This document shows positions 1 through 7,283 of a stretch of 44,037 bases of DNA, one piece after another. The first letter of the stretch is position 1; each line of letters opens with the position of its first letter. Both the position numbers and the translations under genes were made by a program. Source of the DNA: a virus. Taxonomy: Duplodnaviria > Caudoviricetes. The stretch is from positions 1 through 44,037 of IMG/VR virus record IMGVR_UViG_3300044268_005809. One strand, 5' to 3'. The notes beneath the pieces are model-generated. The model was not told the DNA's origin, did not search any database, and saw only the letters and a list, made by a program, of their open reading frames with translations.

Positions 1-595
1 AGGTAGTGCAAGAAGTGTCAATCTTGGGACAATACAGGAAAGGGCGAATTGGGGAACTTTGTTTTCTGGTTCTTTTTCTGTATCAGCGTGGATGTATTTT
101 TCGATGGTAGAAGGAGAATCTTATAAGTTAAATAATTATAGAATTTTTGGAAATTTAGACAGTGGAGCTACTTACGGATTTTATTTTGGTACTTACCGAG
201 GTCAACCGCTGGTATATTCTCGTGACCCATCAACCCCACACGCAGGACTTACATTTTGGGGAAATGACGATTCGTCAAATTATGAGGGGTGGAATCATTT
301 TGTATTTGTTGTGGATGGAGACACGGATGCGACAAACAGAAGATTCAAAATGTTTATAAATAACACTGATTTTGGCTATGCAGACGATTCTCAACCTGGC
401 AGATATTTCCAAAAACAATTTTTAGATGATGAAAATGTTTATTTTGGTAATAACTTTAATGGAACCAAACAAGCAACGATGAATTTCGACGAAATATCAA
501 TTTGGAGTACCGCTCTATCAACAGGACAAGTTAATGCACTTTACAATAGCGGAAATGGTGCTAACGCATTGACAGCATTAACACAAAGTTCATAA
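1..595 (+). CDS. LamG/concanavalin A-like domain virion protein, 5' truncated by window edge
   Basis: Frame is open from position 2 to TAA at 595. LamG-type motifs FSVSAWMY, WNHFVFV, FDEISIWSTALSTGQVNALYN. Confidence 0.8.
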   Translation, partial: GSARSVNLGTIQERANWGTLFSGSFSVSAWMYFSMVEGESYKLNNYRIFGNLDSGATYGFYFGTYRGQPLVYSRDPSTPHAGLTFWGNDDSSNYEGWNHFVFVVDGDTDATNRRFKMFINNTDFGYADDSQPGRYFQKQFLDDENVYFGNNFNGTKQATMNFDEISIWSTALSTGQVNALYNSGNGANALTALTQSS

Positions 596-625
596 CCCCT
601 TAAAATAACTACACTTTTTTCCCTC

Positions 626-654
626 TTGACATAACCCCCTGATTTTGCTATAAT
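626..654 (+). promoter_or_regulatory. sigma70-type promoter (TTGACA-17-TATAAT, extended -10)
   Basis: TTGACA 626-631, TG at 646-647, TATAAT 649-654. GGAGG RBS at 669-673 precedes ATG 680. Confidence 0.85.
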
Positions 655-679
655 ATCTTTACCAAGTTGGAGGTATACT

Positions 680-1150
680 ATGGCAAAAAAACTTACAAAA
701 ACGCAAAAAATTAAACAAAAAATGTTCACTGATGGTTTCGCACTGTTGTGCGTATGGTTAGATAATAAAGGGTGGTCTGTTGATGAAGATTATTGTGTGC
801 GCGATGAGATTTTTTTCCATGGAAAATATATCACAATTTCTAAAAGGCAAAGTATAGAAAAAAGATTATATTCTCTTCTCCACGAATGCGGTCATCTCTT
901 AATCCATCAAAACAGCTCTAAATATGAAGAAAAGTTTCCTGCCCAATCAAAGATGAATGAATTTGCATCTAATAAAAGAATTGAAAAATCAAAAGATTAT
1001 CGTGTTGAAACTTTAACTGAAGAAATAGAAGCTTGGGCGCGTGGTAGAAAACTTGCCGAAAGATTAAATTTATATATTGACGATAAAAACTTTCGTAAGT
1101 TAACCAATGAGTGTATTTACTCATACATTGAGTGGGCAGCAAAACCATAA
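680..1150 (+). CDS. HExxH zincin-like metallopeptidase (ImmA/IrrE-like)
   Basis: LLHECGH followed by EEIEAW. Strong RBS and promoter. Confidence 0.7.
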   Translation: MAKKLTKTQKIKQKMFTDGFALLCVWLDNKGWSVDEDYCVRDEIFFHGKYITISKRQSIEKRLYSLLHECGHLLIHQNSSKYEEKFPAQSKMNEFASNKRIEKSKDYRVETLTEEIEAWARGRKLAERLNLYIDDKNFRKLTNECIYSYIEWAAKP

Positions 1151-1379
1151 TGAAGGTATTGGATATTCATTAAAAAAAAGATTTAAAGAGGGAGATCTTG
1201 TATCCTGGACAAAATTAGGTACTGGCGAGAAGACATACGCCATTATAGAAAAAGTAAGTCTCCGCACTTTTTTTAATGATAGGGTTTTTTACACAGCCAG
1301 AGTTATAACATCGTATGGCGAAATAAAAGAAATAAATTTAGGTTTGTTAAAACTTGAGTCGAAAGGAAATAGGAAATAG
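1107..1379 (+). CDS. small SH3/KOW-like hypothetical protein; start uncertain
   Basis: FKEGDLVSW...YAIIEKV pattern typical of small phage beta-barrel proteins. Fills the gap between neighbours. Confidence 0.5.
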   Translation: MSVFTHTLSGQQNHNEGIGYSLKKRFKEGDLVSWTKLGTGEKTYAIIEKVSLRTFFNDRVFYTARVITSYGEIKEINLGLLKLESKGNRK

Positions 1380-1389
1380 TAGTTACATT

Positions 1390-1587
1390 ATGGGCGATGA
1401 AAAAAAACCTTGGGAAAATATTCCGATTGAAATAATCATTGAGGAAGAAAAACGTCAACGTGAAGAAGAAGAAAGAAAAAGACCTCGTTTAGAATTGCCC
1501 TTATACTATCCATCCCAAAGTTCATCATATGGAGAACCGCAATCCCAAGAAACGGAAGAGGAACATATGATAATCATTAAGTTATAA
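1390..1587 (+). CDS. small acidic hypothetical protein
   Basis: ATG at 1390 (MGDEKKPW...). Charged helix, RPRLELP, hydrophobic C-terminus IIIKL. Confidence 0.6.
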   Translation: MGDEKKPWENIPIEIIIEEEKRQREEEERKRPRLELPLYYPSQSSSYGEPQSQETEEEHMIIIKL

Positions 1588-1614
1588 TCATTTAATGTCC
1601 CAGGAGACTATTTA

Positions 1615-2457
1615 TTGTTAATGAATGGTCCAAAATCAAATAATAAAGATTTTAGTTTATTCCTTGAGTTGTTGGAAAACCTTTATAATACTTCAAAAAA
1701 ACAACTTAAGTTCAATGAAGATGTGAAGGTCAACTTTGTGAAGAGTGATCAAAATTCTTTAAATGCTTTAGGAAAAACTGCCTCATACAACCCTGAAACA
1801 AGGGAAGTTAATCTTTATTTTGTTGGTCGCCATCCAAAAGACTTGATGAGATCTTTTTCTCACGAGTTGGTTCATCATGCCCAAAACTGTCGGGGTGAAT
1901 TTAATAATATTTCAAACACAAATGAGGGATATGCTCAAGCAGATGCTCACCTTCGTGAAATGGAACGTGAAGCATATGAATGTGGAAATATGATTTTTCG
2001 TGACTGGGAAGATGAAATGAAAAGTAAGGGTATTGTGCCTTTATTTAGTGGTGCTCCATTTGCTACAATACAAATGGGTTATAATGAAAATCTAGGAGAT
2101 AATAAAATGTCTAAAAAATTAAACGAGTCACAATTGCGCGATATTATTCGTGGGGTGATCCAAGAAATGTTCGATGAGGACATCAACGAAGAAACTACAA
2201 CAGATAAAATGATGTCTGATAATGCCGCAGAATCTGTTGGTGCTGAAGCAGGAGATGGGGTTGCAGTTTCACTTGAAGAAGAAGTCGAAGAAAACATCGA
2301 AGAACAAAAAGCAGAAGAGCTTGAAGAATCTGAAGAGATCCAAGAAGAGGTTTCCGAAGAAAATCTTAATGAGTCTTTCCTTCCAAAAGGTCGCGATATT
2401 CGTGAAAATGCAAGACAACAAACATACGCTAAACTTGTTGAAAAATGGTGCAAATAG
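1615..2457 (+). CDS. HExxH zincin fused to an acidic putative internal-head segment
   Basis: FSHELVHHAQ...MEREAYE in the N-terminal half. Glu-rich C-terminal half with many [ILV]-x-E sites. Start is TTG 1615 (AGGAGA upstream) or ATG 1621. Confidence 0.7.
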   Translation: MLMNGPKSNNKDFSLFLELLENLYNTSKKQLKFNEDVKVNFVKSDQNSLNALGKTASYNPETREVNLYFVGRHPKDLMRSFSHELVHHAQNCRGEFNNISNTNEGYAQADAHLREMEREAYECGNMIFRDWEDEMKSKGIVPLFSGAPFATIQMGYNENLGDNKMSKKLNESQLRDIIRGVIQEMFDEDINEETTTDKMMSDNAAESVGAEAGDGVAVSLEEEVEENIEEQKAEELEESEEIQEEVSEENLNESFLPKGRDIRENARQQTYAKLVEKWCK

Positions 2458-2469
2458 AGGTATAATACA

Positions 2470-2679
2470 ATGGCACGGAAAAGAAGAATGAGGAAATTGG
2501 CTGCTATGGAAGCAGCGAAAAAAGAAGAGGCTCCAAAAGTAGAAGCAAAACCAGTTGTCGAAGCGACACCAGAACCTGCTCCTGCACCTGTTGCTGTAGC
2601 AGCTGAAGAGTCAGAGGTTGAAGAAAAACCTAAAAGAACCAGAAGAAGCTGGGCGAGAAAAACAACAACAGAAGAATAA
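2470..2679 (+). CDS. low-complexity Ala/Pro/Glu/Lys-rich protein
   Basis: GAGG RBS at 2457-2460. Basic termini flank a PEPAPAP linker. Confidence 0.7.
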   Translation: MARKRRMRKLAAMEAAKKEEAPKVEAKPVVEATPEPAPAPVAVAAEESEVEEKPKRTRRSWARKTTTEE

Positions 2680-2682
2680 ATT

Positions 2683-2937
2683 ATGAAAGATTTGTTAAAT
2701 AAAATAACAAAAAACTTTCTCATTAATGAAGGGAAAGCTCCACCATTTCAAGTGTGGATTCAATCTCTTCAAGATAATTTAAATTCATTGCGTCCAAAAA
2801 CTGTCGCAGATAGAAGAAGAATTGATTTAATGAAACATCAGTTAACTGAACTTCGCAGAATAACAAGGCGCATGGATGAACAAATAAAAAAACTAGAAGA
2901 AGAAGTAAATTTCTTGCAGGAAAATAAAAATGAGTGA
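2683..2937 (+). CDS. coiled-coil hypothetical protein
   Basis: Tightly packed ORF with heptad-like C-terminus and LINE site near the N-terminus. Confidence 0.7.
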   Translation: MKDLLNKITKNFLINEGKAPPFQVWIQSLQDNLNSLRPKTVADRRRIDLMKHQLTELRRITRRMDEQIKKLEEEVNFLQENKNE

Positions 2938-3790
2938 TTCTAAAAATTTTTTAATGGACATGATTCAAAATGAAATCTCTTCTATGGCAAGTAGTGCTGT
3001 TGTTGTAACTGGAGAAAAGGATGATGATAAAAATGAAGCAAAGCTTCGTTCAATCGTCAGAGAAATCTGTCGTAGAGCAATTAAAAAAACGAGTCGTGTT
3101 GATGAAAATTTAGAATTACGAAAACTGATTAGACATTTAATAGTGGAAGCAAAAAAAGAGGTGGAGAACGCACCACACTCCTCCACCGCTATTAATCTTT
3201 TGGAAGAATTACTTAAGCAAATCCTACCAGGGATTGAAACTGATTATAAAACCCTCACTACGTCAACAGAACAAAGAGAATCTTTTAGAGCTAATCTATT
3301 AGATGCCGTTTCTAAACTTCTTGCAGCAGAAGATGTTAATGATGAAGCTGGGTCTGAAATAGAAATGGAAGTGCCTCTTGAGGAAATCGATATTAAAATT
3401 GATGATGACGAGGAAGAATCCTCTCCAGAAGATATGTTTATTGATATTGATGCTGATGATAAAATTCCTGAAGATGAAGAAGAGGCATTTGGTCTTGAAG
3501 GTCAAGAAGAGACTGGCAGAAATATGGCTGCTAAAACCTACGACAAAATAGAGAAAAATATTGTTGACTCTTATGCTATATTAAGCGATGATAAAGATCG
3601 AAAAACATTTCGTGATTATTTAATCACAAATCTTAAAATGTATTTTGATAAATATGAAGCAGAGTTAAGCACTGAAGTCGTAGAGCCAACAACTGATGAG
3701 TACGAAAAAGAAAAAGATGAAGCAGATGCTGAAGCAGCTAGCGATGAAGTTTTTGATTCAGGAGAAGGCACCATCGACTTTGACACTTAA
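2930..3790 (+). CDS. acidic hypothetical protein, putative prohead core/internal head protein
   Basis: Very Asp/Glu-rich. Repeated amphipathic LRSIVRE/LRKLIRHLIVE motifs and [ILV]-x-E sites. Confidence 0.6.
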   Translation: MSDSKNFLMDMIQNEISSMASSAVVVTGEKDDDKNEAKLRSIVREICRRAIKKTSRVDENLELRKLIRHLIVEAKKEVENAPHSSTAINLLEELLKQILPGIETDYKTLTTSTEQRESFRANLLDAVSKLLAAEDVNDEAGSEIEMEVPLEEIDIKIDDDEEESSPEDMFIDIDADDKIPEDEEEAFGLEGQEETGRNMAAKTYDKIEKNIVDSYAILSDDKDRKTFRDYLITNLKMYFDKYEAELSTEVVEPTTDEYEKEKDEADAEAASDEVFDSGEGTIDFDT

Positions 3791-3806
3791 CCCTAAAGAG
3801 GTTTTG

Positions 3807-4082
3807 ATGAGTTTTGAAAAAATTGGAACAGAAATCGGTAAACTGGTCGATTTAAAAAATAAAGCATACGGCAGCTCTTTTAAAAAATCAGAAGAAATAC
3901 TAAAAGTATTATATCCAAACGGCATAGAACCACACCAATATAAAAACATGTTAGCAATCACAAGAATTGTGGATAAGCTTTTTAGAATTGCTAATGAAAA
4001 AGATGCTTTTGGTGAATCTCCGTTTAAGGATATTGCCGGATATGGTATTCTTGGATTAGCAAATGACGAAGAGAAAGAATAG
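3807..4082 (+). CDS. DUF1599/nucleotide-modification-associated domain 1 (Nmad1)-like protein
   Basis: KNKAYG...RIVDKLFRI...DIAGYGIL signature. GAGG RBS at 3798-3801 supports ATG 3807 rather than 3696. Confidence 0.65.
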   Translation: MSFEKIGTEIGKLVDLKNKAYGSSFKKSEEILKVLYPNGIEPHQYKNMLAITRIVDKLFRIANEKDAFGESPFKDIAGYGILGLANDEEKE

Positions 4083-4425
4083 CGGTAAAAATAAAAGTTA
4101 TTCATTATCAAAAAAATTAAGAGAAGAAGGCAAATCAAACGAAGAGTTGGAAGTGTACCTTTCTAATCTTTCACTGGAAGAGGTTGTTGGGCTAAAATTA
4201 GAGGTCGCAACAAGAGACTTGATGAAGGGAAAGTTCTATGGCTTCCCTGTTTGGCAATCTCTTAAATATATTATTTCTGATGCTGTTCTAAAATATGCTC
4301 TTTCTGCAACAAGCTCAAAACGAGAGGCTGCGAGGTTTTTGGGAATTCAAGAAAAGACACTAATAGAATTGGTTAAGAAATATCAGACAGAGCAATATTA
4401 CGAAAATAATATTGACAATTCCTAA
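4063..4425 (+). CDS. Fis-type helix-turn-helix protein
   Basis: C-terminal LKYALSATSSKREAARFLGIQEKTLIELVKKY matches the Fis-family HTH pattern. Confidence 0.65.
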   Translation: MTKRKNSGKNKSYSLSKKLREEGKSNEELEVYLSNLSLEEVVGLKLEVATRDLMKGKFYGFPVWQSLKYIISDAVLKYALSATSSKREAARFLGIQEKTLIELVKKYQTEQYYENNIDNS

Positions 4426-4441
4426 AAATATCATCTATAAT
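4412..4441 (+). promoter_or_regulatory. sigma70-type promoter (TTGACA-18-TATAAT)
   Basis: TTGACA 4412-4417 and TATAAT 4436-4441. Confidence 0.8.
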
Positions 4442-4445
4442 ATCC

Positions 4446-4552
4446 ATAGCGAGATACACTTTGTTAATCGAAGCTCACCAATGGCTTTAAAGTGAGTGCC
4501 TTTTTTATGAAAGCCTAGCGTTGTTGTTGCGAAGAAACAACAATCTCGCTAT
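4446..4552 (+). ncRNA. candidate structured RNA / 5' leader of unknown family
   Basis: 10-bp closing stem ATAGCGAGAT (4446-4455)/ATCTCGCTAT (4543-4552). Hairpin GCTCAC/GTGAGT (4473-4497). Loop GGCTTT is complementary to AAAGCC (4510-4515). Hairpin TTGTTGTT/AACAACAA (4521-4543). Begins at the predicted TSS. Confidence 0.55.
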
Positions 4553-4568
4553 TAAAAACGAGGATAAA

Positions 4569-5477
4569 ATGAAAGTATTTTTAACAGGGGCAACAGGGTT
4601 TATAGGGAGCAATTTAGTAAAAAGACTCTTGTCGGATGAACATGAAGTCGTTTGCTATGTTCGCAATATAGAAAAAGCAAGAAAAGCTTTAGGTCCCAAG
4701 CCACAACTATTACAAACAACAGCATTTGATAATCATCTTATCGCTACATTAGAAAGATGTGATGCGGTTATCAATCTTGCTGGTGAACCTATTATCAAAA
4801 GATGGACAAGGAAGAATAAGAAGAAAATTTATAATAGCAGGATTGACCTGACCAGAAAACTTGTTAAGTTGATGGACGGATGCAAGACGCGACCAAAAGT
4901 TTTTATTTCTGCTTCCGCTGTTGGTTATTATGGTAATCGTGGAAATGAAATTTTAACAGAAAAGTCAAGTAAATCATCAGGATGGCTATCTCACTTATGT
5001 AATCAATGGGAAAAGTTTTCTTATCCAAATCATGCAGGAAAATTGGTAGACACCAGGTTTGTTAATCTTCGCACAGGTATTGTTTTGGGAGATGGTGGTG
5101 CTCTCCAGAAAATGCTCCTCCCATTTAAACTTGGGGTTGGGGGTATTTTAGGGAGCGGTAGGCAATGGATGCCCTGGATTCATATTGATGATATGGTAGA
5201 AATTATTATTTCGGCAATGTTTAATAATAATATTTATGGTCCAGTTAATTGTGTTGCTCCAAATCCAGTGACAAATAAAGATTTCACAAAGCAATTAGGA
5301 GAAGTACTAAAAAGACCAACAATGTTTCCAGTTCCTGGGTTTGTTTTAAAGATTATTTTTGGAGAAGCCGCTTGTGTTCTTCTTGATAGTCAGAGAGTAG
5401 AGCCAAAGCTTCTATATAAAGCTGACTTTGTGTGGAAGTTTAGTAAGTTAAATAAAGCATTAGAGGATTTACTATGA
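4569..5477 (+). CDS. TIGR01777-family (YfcH-like) NAD-dependent oxidoreductase/epimerase
   Basis: TGATGFIG, INLAGEPI, SASAVGYYG, LRTGIVLG, GRQWMPWIHIDD, LLDSQRVEP. GAGGA RBS supports ATG 4569. Confidence 0.9.
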   Translation: MKVFLTGATGFIGSNLVKRLLSDEHEVVCYVRNIEKARKALGPKPQLLQTTAFDNHLIATLERCDAVINLAGEPIIKRWTRKNKKKIYNSRIDLTRKLVKLMDGCKTRPKVFISASAVGYYGNRGNEILTEKSSKSSGWLSHLCNQWEKFSYPNHAGKLVDTRFVNLRTGIVLGDGGALQKMLLPFKLGVGGILGSGRQWMPWIHIDDMVEIIISAMFNNNIYGPVNCVAPNPVTNKDFTKQLGEVLKRPTMFPVPGFVLKIIFGEAACVLLDSQRVEPKLLYKADFVWKFSKLNKALEDLL

Positions 5478-5818
5478 AAAAAGATAAAGTTTATTATGAT
5501 GGCGATTGTTATGTATGCTCCATAGAGATTAATGCCTTAAGAAAAAAAGGTGAGAAATGCGGCATAGAATTTGTCGATATTGCTGATAAAGACTTTGACA
5601 ATCCTGATCCTTATATGGTAGAAATGATTGGCGAGTTTGACGGCAAAGAAACTATTGGAGCAGAAACATTTAGAAAAATGTACGAAACAATAGGCTTTAA
5701 GAGAGTTGTGTGGTTCACAAGATTACCAGTTGTTAAACAGATTGTTGATTTGGGTTATCATATTTTCGCTTACTATATAAGACCCTATTTACCTAGGAAA
5801 AAACATGGCATACGATGA
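5474..5818 (+). CDS. DUF393/DCC1-like thiol-disulfide oxidoreductase
   Basis: N-terminal YYDGDCYVC (DGxCxxC), IEFVDI and GAETF motifs. Confidence 0.85.
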   Translation: MKKDKVYYDGDCYVCSIEINALRKKGEKCGIEFVDIADKDFDNPDPYMVEMIGEFDGKETIGAETFRKMYETIGFKRVVWFTRLPVVKQIVDLGYHIFAYYIRPYLPRKKHGIR

Positions 5819-6188
5819 GAAATTAATTGATCACTACGAAAACCCAAGAAACGTAGGAACACTCGACAAGGATGATCAAAGCGTAGGCACTGGACTGGTT
5901 GGTGCTCCTGCTTGCGGCGACGTGATGCGTTTGCAAATCAAAGTAAATGACGATGGAGTGATTGAAGATGTAAAGTTCAAGACTTTCGGTTGCGGCTCTG
6001 CGATTGCAGCTTCCTCTTTGGTCACGGAATGGGTCAAGATGAAAAGCGTAGAAGACGCAAAAAAAATTACTAATAAAGAAATCGTAGAGGAATTATCACT
6101 TCCACCCGTAAAGGTTCATTGTTCAGTGTTAGCTGAAGATGCTATTAAGTCCGCTATAAAAGATTGGGAAGAAAAAAACAATAAATAA
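5805..6188 (+). CDS. iscU: Fe-S cluster assembly scaffold IscU
   Basis: DHYENPRNVG, GAPACGDVMRLQI, FKTFGCGSAIA, LPPVKVHCSVLAEDAI. Confidence 0.96.
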   Translation: MAYDEKLIDHYENPRNVGTLDKDDQSVGTGLVGAPACGDVMRLQIKVNDDGVIEDVKFKTFGCGSAIAASSLVTEWVKMKSVEDAKKITNKEIVEELSLPPVKVHCSVLAEDAIKSAIKDWEEKNNK

Positions 6189-6193
6189 TGTTT

Positions 6194-6431
6194 GGGGGTG
6201 AACTGGATTCGACTGGGTGTCGAGATAGATTTGTGCAAGGGTGTATGAGCAGACACTAAAAGGCTTAAAATAATAAATGCAAACGATAATGTTGCAATAT
6301 CTTTAGCAGCTTAGTTAAAGCGGGGTTTACGGTTATCCTTGCTATCCAAAACCGTACCATTCTCACTCTAACCTTGTGTATCGCAAACTATTAAAGCATT
6401 TAGGACGTGGGTTCGATTCCCACCACCTCCA
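6194..6431 (+). ncRNA. ssrA: tmRNA, compact one-piece form (238 nt); tag ANDNVAISLAA
   Basis: GGGGGTG/CACCTCC-A acceptor stem with G3:U wobble. 5' GGATTCGAC. T-arm GTGGGTTCGATTCCCAC. PK1-like element ~6240-6266. Tag ORF 6279-6314 ends LAA-stop. CCA is not encoded. Confidence 0.95.
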
Positions 6432-6483
6432 TTTTTTTTATTACCTACTTGATTTTTGTTGCTACTTATGATAGGGTGTTATT

Positions 6484-6693
6484 ATGAATATTGGAGATAA
6501 AATTTTCTTACTCTATACTAATCGCAAGACTAAAGAAACTTCTTGTGATGGTCCTGCTACAATTATTGATTTTATCAATGAGCCTTTAAATGATGAAGGC
6601 GTTATATTAGTTAAAAAATTAGACGGAAAAACTTCACCTGTAAATCTTGAAGGTACTTCAAGTCATGAAGTTGATGTTCACGTGGTTTATTAA
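6484..6693 (+). CDS. small hypothetical protein (SH3-like)
   Basis: MNIGDKI start typical of small phage beta-barrel proteins. Stop overlaps the convergent gene's stop. Confidence 0.55.
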   Translation: MNIGDKIFLLYTNRKTKETSCDGPATIIDFINEPLNDEGVILVKKLDGKTSPVNLEGTSSHEVDVHVVY

Positions 6694-7277
6694 CTTTTAT
6701 TTTTCTTCCATTCTTCAAATTTTTTAGTGTCAATTCTTAAAAGAGAATACACTTCTTTTTTATTTTTATTATTTGGCTTAAGATTAGAAGCCCAAATCCA
6801 AGACAGTTTATTTTTAATGTGTGAAATTTCTTCTTCGATTTTTCCAAGGTCATCTTCAAGTTCTTTATTGTAGTTTTCTAAATTTCCTGGTAAATTAATG
6901 TTCTCTTGATCTGCTATCGATAATATTTCAAGCCACTCTTTGTTTTCATAAGCGTTTGTCACTCTCTTTAGCAAATCTTCATATTTTTCTTTTAGATTAT
7001 CCGGCTTCAAGTCGGGGTGAAGCGACCTCACCATTATCTTGTATATTTCTTTAAAATCTTGTGGAATATTTGAATCATCTTTTTTGTTCGTATCAACAGT
7101 CGCCTTTTGATCATTAGTTTCTTTTTTTTCGCTATTTTTGGAATTAATTTCATTTAGATACTCTATCTCTTCGCGGAAGTCTTCATTGAATTGAGAATTA
7201 TATTTATCACTCAAGTCTGATGTTTCTTCTAATTCTAATTTTAGATACTTGAATTTGAAAAGAAGTTTTTGGCTCAT
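6690..7277 (-). CDS. J-domain (DnaJ-like) protein with coiled-coil flanks
   Basis: FKEIYKIMVRSLHPDL...LLKRVTNAYE: HPD motif in J-domain helix II/III context. Confidence 0.75.
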   Translation of the reverse strand: MSQKLLFKFKYLKLELEETSDLSDKYNSQFNEDFREEIEYLNEINSKNSEKKETNDQKATVDTNKKDDSNIPQDFKEIYKIMVRSLHPDLKPDNLKEKYEDLLKRVTNAYENKEWLEILSIADQENINLPGNLENYNKELEDDLGKIEEEISHIKNKLSWIWASNLKPNNKNKKEVYSLLRIDTKKFEEWKKNKS

Positions 7278-7283
7278 CTACCA

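Noticed and set aside
1150-1180. Programmed frameshift linking ATG 1150 (MKVLDIH*) to the 1107 ORF at an A8 run
   Set aside because: The stop codon sits at the start of the A-run, no stimulatory structure is evident, and A-runs are common here.
2079-2723. 214-aa minus-strand ORF
   Set aside because: Ser/Phe-rich antisense shadow of Glu/Lys-rich plus-strand genes.
4461-4545. Assignment of the structured RNA as a pistol or twister ribozyme
   Set aside because: There is superficial similarity (loop pseudoknot, then AAGCCTAGCGTTG and a hairpin; TTAATCGAAGC). I could not place the pistol G-U cleavage site/P2 stem or the twister P2/T1 pairings, so it is left unassigned.
4521-4568. TTG start at 4521 for the TIGR01777 gene
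   Set aside because: The family begins at MKVFLTG, an RBS precedes ATG 4569, and the extension overlaps the structured RNA.
6405-6440. Separate tRNA gene or intrinsic terminator
   Set aside because: The GTTCGATTCC arm is the T-arm of the tmRNA. The following T-run may aid termination but has no independent hairpin.
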